A stretch of 63,778 bases of DNA, filler included, from Octopus bimaculoides (Eukaryota), in the NCBI RefSeq assembly GCF_001194135.2. It is 7 parts of 7 records of this genome, joined end to end, with 100 filler letters (N's around TTAATTAATTAA, not from the genome) between each part and the next. Parts side by side here need not be neighbours in the genome. Positions count along the whole stretch, not along the records: positions 60,060 to 62,443 come from NC_068999.1; positions 62,544 to 63,778 come from NW_026376956.1; 5 more parts are not named here. One strand, 5' to 3'. The notes under the pieces were generated by a model. It had not been told where the DNA came from. It did no database searches and was given only the letters and a program-made list of their open reading frames with translations. Shown here piece by piece: positions 60,094 to 63,778 of this stretch. Position 1 is the first letter of the stretch, and the number at the start of each line of letters is the position of its first letter. Position numbers and translations under genes: made by a program.

Positions 60094-60654
60094 TGTATGT
60101 ATATATGTATATGTATGTTTGTATGTACGTATATGTGTGTGAGTGTGTATGTGTATGTATGTATGTATATGTAATGTACGTAATTGAAGACTACTTCCTA
60201 ATTTTGGCTTAGGAATATATACGCTACACCCACAACTGCTGATAAAGAATTTCGTGTGTGTGTGTGCGCGCGCGCGCGGGTGGGTGTGTGTTACCGGCAG
60301 ATTATAAGGTAATATATCATAAAACAGAAAACAACTGGAAATGTTGATGAAACTAGGTTGTACGTGATCAGAATGCTGAGGAGGCATTTCAAAAGTCGGC
60401 GCAGTCTGTGACTTTTTATTTATTTCTTTGTTGGTTTGTTCTATCAATGTTTCTTCCTTTTTCTAACTATTTTTCTTTTTATATATCTCTCAGTGTTGTT
60501 GTTGCTCTTCTTCTTCTTCTTCTTCTTGAAGTCGTTGCTTTATTCGTTGTTGCTCCAAAATGTTCTCGAGGGATGTCGAGATGTTTATTTGCGAGAAACA
60601 GTTTTGCAGAAGGCTCGCCACAAAACCAAAGAAGAAAAAGAAGAAAGACTCTGG

Positions 60655-61338
60655 TGCATTGTCTGATTGTGCTGTTAAGAAGCCACGTTCCTTGGGGGTT
60701 CGTTTCCACGGAGTGGTACCTCAAGCAAGTGTCTTGTACTTTAGCCCCTGCGCCGGACAATGCTATGTGAGTTAATTTGGTATTACAGAGAGGTTTATGG
60801 AATCTCGTCGCGTGTATATATATATATATATATATGTATGTATTTGAACTCAGAACGTAGCGACGGGCGAAATACCGCTAAGCATTTCGTCCAGCGTGCT
60901 AACGATTCTTTTACTAATTATTGGCACCAAAGTCTGCAATTTTAGGGGAGTGTGCAAATCGATAACATCGAACCCAGTGATCAACTGGCATTTATTTTTA
61001 TCGATTCTGAAAGGATAAAAGATACAGTCAGCCTCGGCGGGATTTGAACACATATCAAGAACGGGGTAGAAATAGAAACGCCGTTAAAGCATTTTGTCCG
61101 ACGCTCTAACGATTCTGCCATCTCCCCACCTTCNNNNNNNNNNNNNNNNNNNNNNNNNNNNNNNNNNNNNNNNNNNNNNNNNNNNNNNNNNNNNNNNNNN
61201 NNNNNNNNNNNNNNNNNNNNNNNNNNNNNNNNNNNNNNNNNNNNNNNNNNNNNNNNNNNNNNNNNNNNNNNNNNNNNNNNNNNNNNNNNNNNNNNNNNNN
61301 NNNNNNNNNNNNNNNNATATATATATATATACATATAT

Positions 61339-61372
<34 letters not shown>

Positions 61373-62050
61373 GCTGGATATTTTGTGGAAACAATAAAGT
61401 CTATAAAAGTATCGCAGTTAGACACTAATAAACATTCTACGTGTATATCTGAAGCCTAGAGGGTATTCTTTTAATTACTTTCGTTTCTTTTATACAGCCA
61501 TGTAGCCAGGCTAGTTACGTATGCCCGCAGGGATCCGGGTGGTATTTCTATTATGCCAACGGCCATAAATGTCGATAGCAGTTTAGTTGCTCTTCAATAT
61601 TGTGGTGTTGTACATAAGTCTCGTTTGCTAAGATAACAAGAAAAATAGAATTGTTAATTTAGCATTGGTTCAGGCAATGACTGTTGGGTTAGCAAGCTTA
61701 TCTGGCAACCATGTGGTTTTCGGGTTCCGTGTGGCACATTGGGCAAGCGTCTTCGAAGATATCCATGGGCCGACCAATGCTTTGAGAGTGAACACATACA
61801 TACATACATACATACATACATACATACATACACTCGCATACAAGCGTGTGGGTGTGGAGGTATCCTTGTACGTGTGTATGCGTGTGTTTATATCCTCCGT
61901 TATAGATATTAGAAAAACAGGTGTTGTGCCATAAGGCACAAACTAGCGAATCGATAAATAAAAATCGATGAAATAAGTAAAAGACTTTAAATAAATTAGT
62001 GGGATCGATATGATTGACAAAACTCTTTGGATGTGGAGTCTCAGAAGGAG
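60655..62050. mobile_element. Cluster of old SINE pieces: A heads (+ ~60655-60785, ~61655-61790), B copies (- ~60838-61130), A 3' part (+ ~61840-62050)
   Basis: CAAGTGTCTT, GAACTCAGAACGTAGCGACGGGCGAAATACCGCTAAGC and related motifs. Confidence 0.7.
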
Positions 62051-62222
62051 GACAAACAGTACTCTAATAGAGTATCGAGCGTCCTTCATTCGATACTATA
62101 AAAACGATATGCATAATTATACAATCATACAAACGTACATACATACATACATACATACATACATACGCTCACATTAGCATACGTACATATATGTATATAT
62201 ACACGCGCGCGCGCTCACACAC

Positions 62223-62268
<46 letters not shown>

Positions 62269-62320
62269 GTAGATAAAGTTTCTTTATTAGCCACACAGGG
62301 CCGAACACAGAGGGAACAAA
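62223..62320 (-). mobile_element. Retroposon 3' end with (TATC)n tail
   Basis: Reverse complement TTCCCTCTGTGTTCGGCCCTGTGTGGCTAATAAAGAAAC(TATC)n, similar to one SINE B tail type. Confidence 0.6.
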
Positions 62321-63379
62321 ATACAATATTCCGCTTCAAAGTATTCAATAATATTGAAGCAGTAACTTCCATAAATCAGAGTATAATTTTTGAAGGCTCT
62401 TTCTGAACCCAGTCAACGATGCGTATTTCTACTAGTATATATANNNNNNNNNNNNNNNNNNNNNNNNNNNNNNNNNNNNNNNNNNNNTTAATTAATTAAN
62501 NNNNNNNNNNNNNNNNNNNNNNNNNNNNNNNNNNNNNNNNNNNAAAAAAAAAAAAGAATGAAATAAAAAAAAATAAAGCAAAGAACATTTTTATACATAT
62601 AACCGGATTTTGATTTAAGTTCTTCAAATTGTTAAAATTTGCCCGAGTTTTGGTAAAGGTGGAATTATACGCCACCTTCTGAAATTAGTAGACATACGCT
62701 ACAGTTTCTGTATAGGCGGAATTCCGTAACCAGAGTTTCCGTAACGCAAAGGAGGCTTATTACTAAATTAAATAACATTTTCAAAGCTAAGCTTGCATTG
62801 AAATGTGCTGCTATGTTATTTTTCAGACTATGGAAAGCAACTCTATAGACAACAACAACAACAACAACAAAATGAAGTTGTATATTACATTAATTTAAAA
62901 TATTACATTAAGCATGAAATGGTTTATGAGTCGTAATTCATATTGCTAACAATTTATTCTCCCACCTTATATTATTGCCATAAATTAAGATTATGAATTC
63001 ATAACCGTTTAATATAACTAATATGTATCTCATCTTGTTTTACTTAAGTGTCACTTTTAGCTCGCCTTAAAAGAATATATCGCACGCATCATTTTTAAAT
63101 ATCGCCAGCGTTTATTTAATCTAATTTCTTATACCTCCTAGTTATAATAACACTTTCTGTTCTTGTATTGGTAATTATACCCCTTGGCCCATCAAAATCA
63201 AATCTACCCATTTAATCTAATATTTTACAATCTTTATTGTCTTTTTATTGTCACATATATTTGGCCACGTCTTCATCTATTAATGTATTTATTTATGTAT
63301 TTTTATCATTGATATCTATCCCCTATATTTACTACCTTATGTTGTATAAACCGTTCCTATGTATTTTATTATATTATTT

Positions 63380-63778
63380 TATTTTATTCACGTTTATTTC
63401 CCCCAAGGATTGCCTTTTAATAATATAAATTATTTATTCCTTCAAGGGATACTATTATACTATCTTTTCCCAGTTTCAGCATTTTCTCACATAATTAAAG
63501 AATCCCTTTCCACATTTATTTGTTCATTTGTTTATTGAATGAATATTCCTCGTTCTCTCTTATCATTTAATTAACTTAGGATTATTCGCCGAAAGCTACA
63601 ATAATTTCACTATCCTATTTCATTTTTTTTTACTTCTGAATTCTTCACTTTGATTTTCTGTATTCGATTTAGGGTCCATACTAACCAATCATTCTTCCTA
63701 AGATATTTTCCTTAGTCATTTTCTAACACATTCTTCAGCAACTTTGGTTTTAAACATCAAATAACTTTTAATATTATT
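63380..63778 (-). mobile_element. Very old R4/Dong-type fossil (post-RT region)
   Basis: Broken frames give VWTLNRIQKIKVK and ERGIFIQ*..NVERDSL, resembling WT.EL.KIDRKTRK and GGRGL...VE.NSL. Confidence 0.4.

Overview
Eukaryotic, AT-rich, microsatellite-saturated draft-genome DNA. The SINE families and repeat landscape point to an octopus (coleoid cephalopod); this is an inference from remembered repeat families, not a database hit. Most ORFs in the supplied track are translations of microsatellites or N gaps. I recognise no complete host protein-coding gene, no rRNA, no canonical tRNA and no CRISPR or prokaryotic system. The window holds three abundant tRNA-derived SINE families (called A, B and C here) and fossils of R4/Dong-type RLE, RTE, CR1-group and Penelope-like retroelements. 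It also holds mariner, Tigger, hAT and Helitron-type DNA elements, a 19-bp minisatellite, and six artificial N44-TTAATTAATTAA-N44 scaffold spacers. The best leads are: (1) a triple nested stack of RLE retrotransposons, each inserted in a (TACA)n tract of the previous one (49.7-51.6 kb); (2) a tandem/inverted 336-bp array carrying tRNA-Thr(CGT)-like cloverleafs that lack U33 (1.8-3.1 kb); (3) a minus-strand 179-codon frame with TATA/Inr/Kozak context, one in-frame TGA and a splice donor at its end (31.75-32.29 kb); (4) Penelope-linked hammerhead-like and tRNA-like motifs; (5) several hairpins and candidate exons. All host-gene calls are low-confidence hypotheses.
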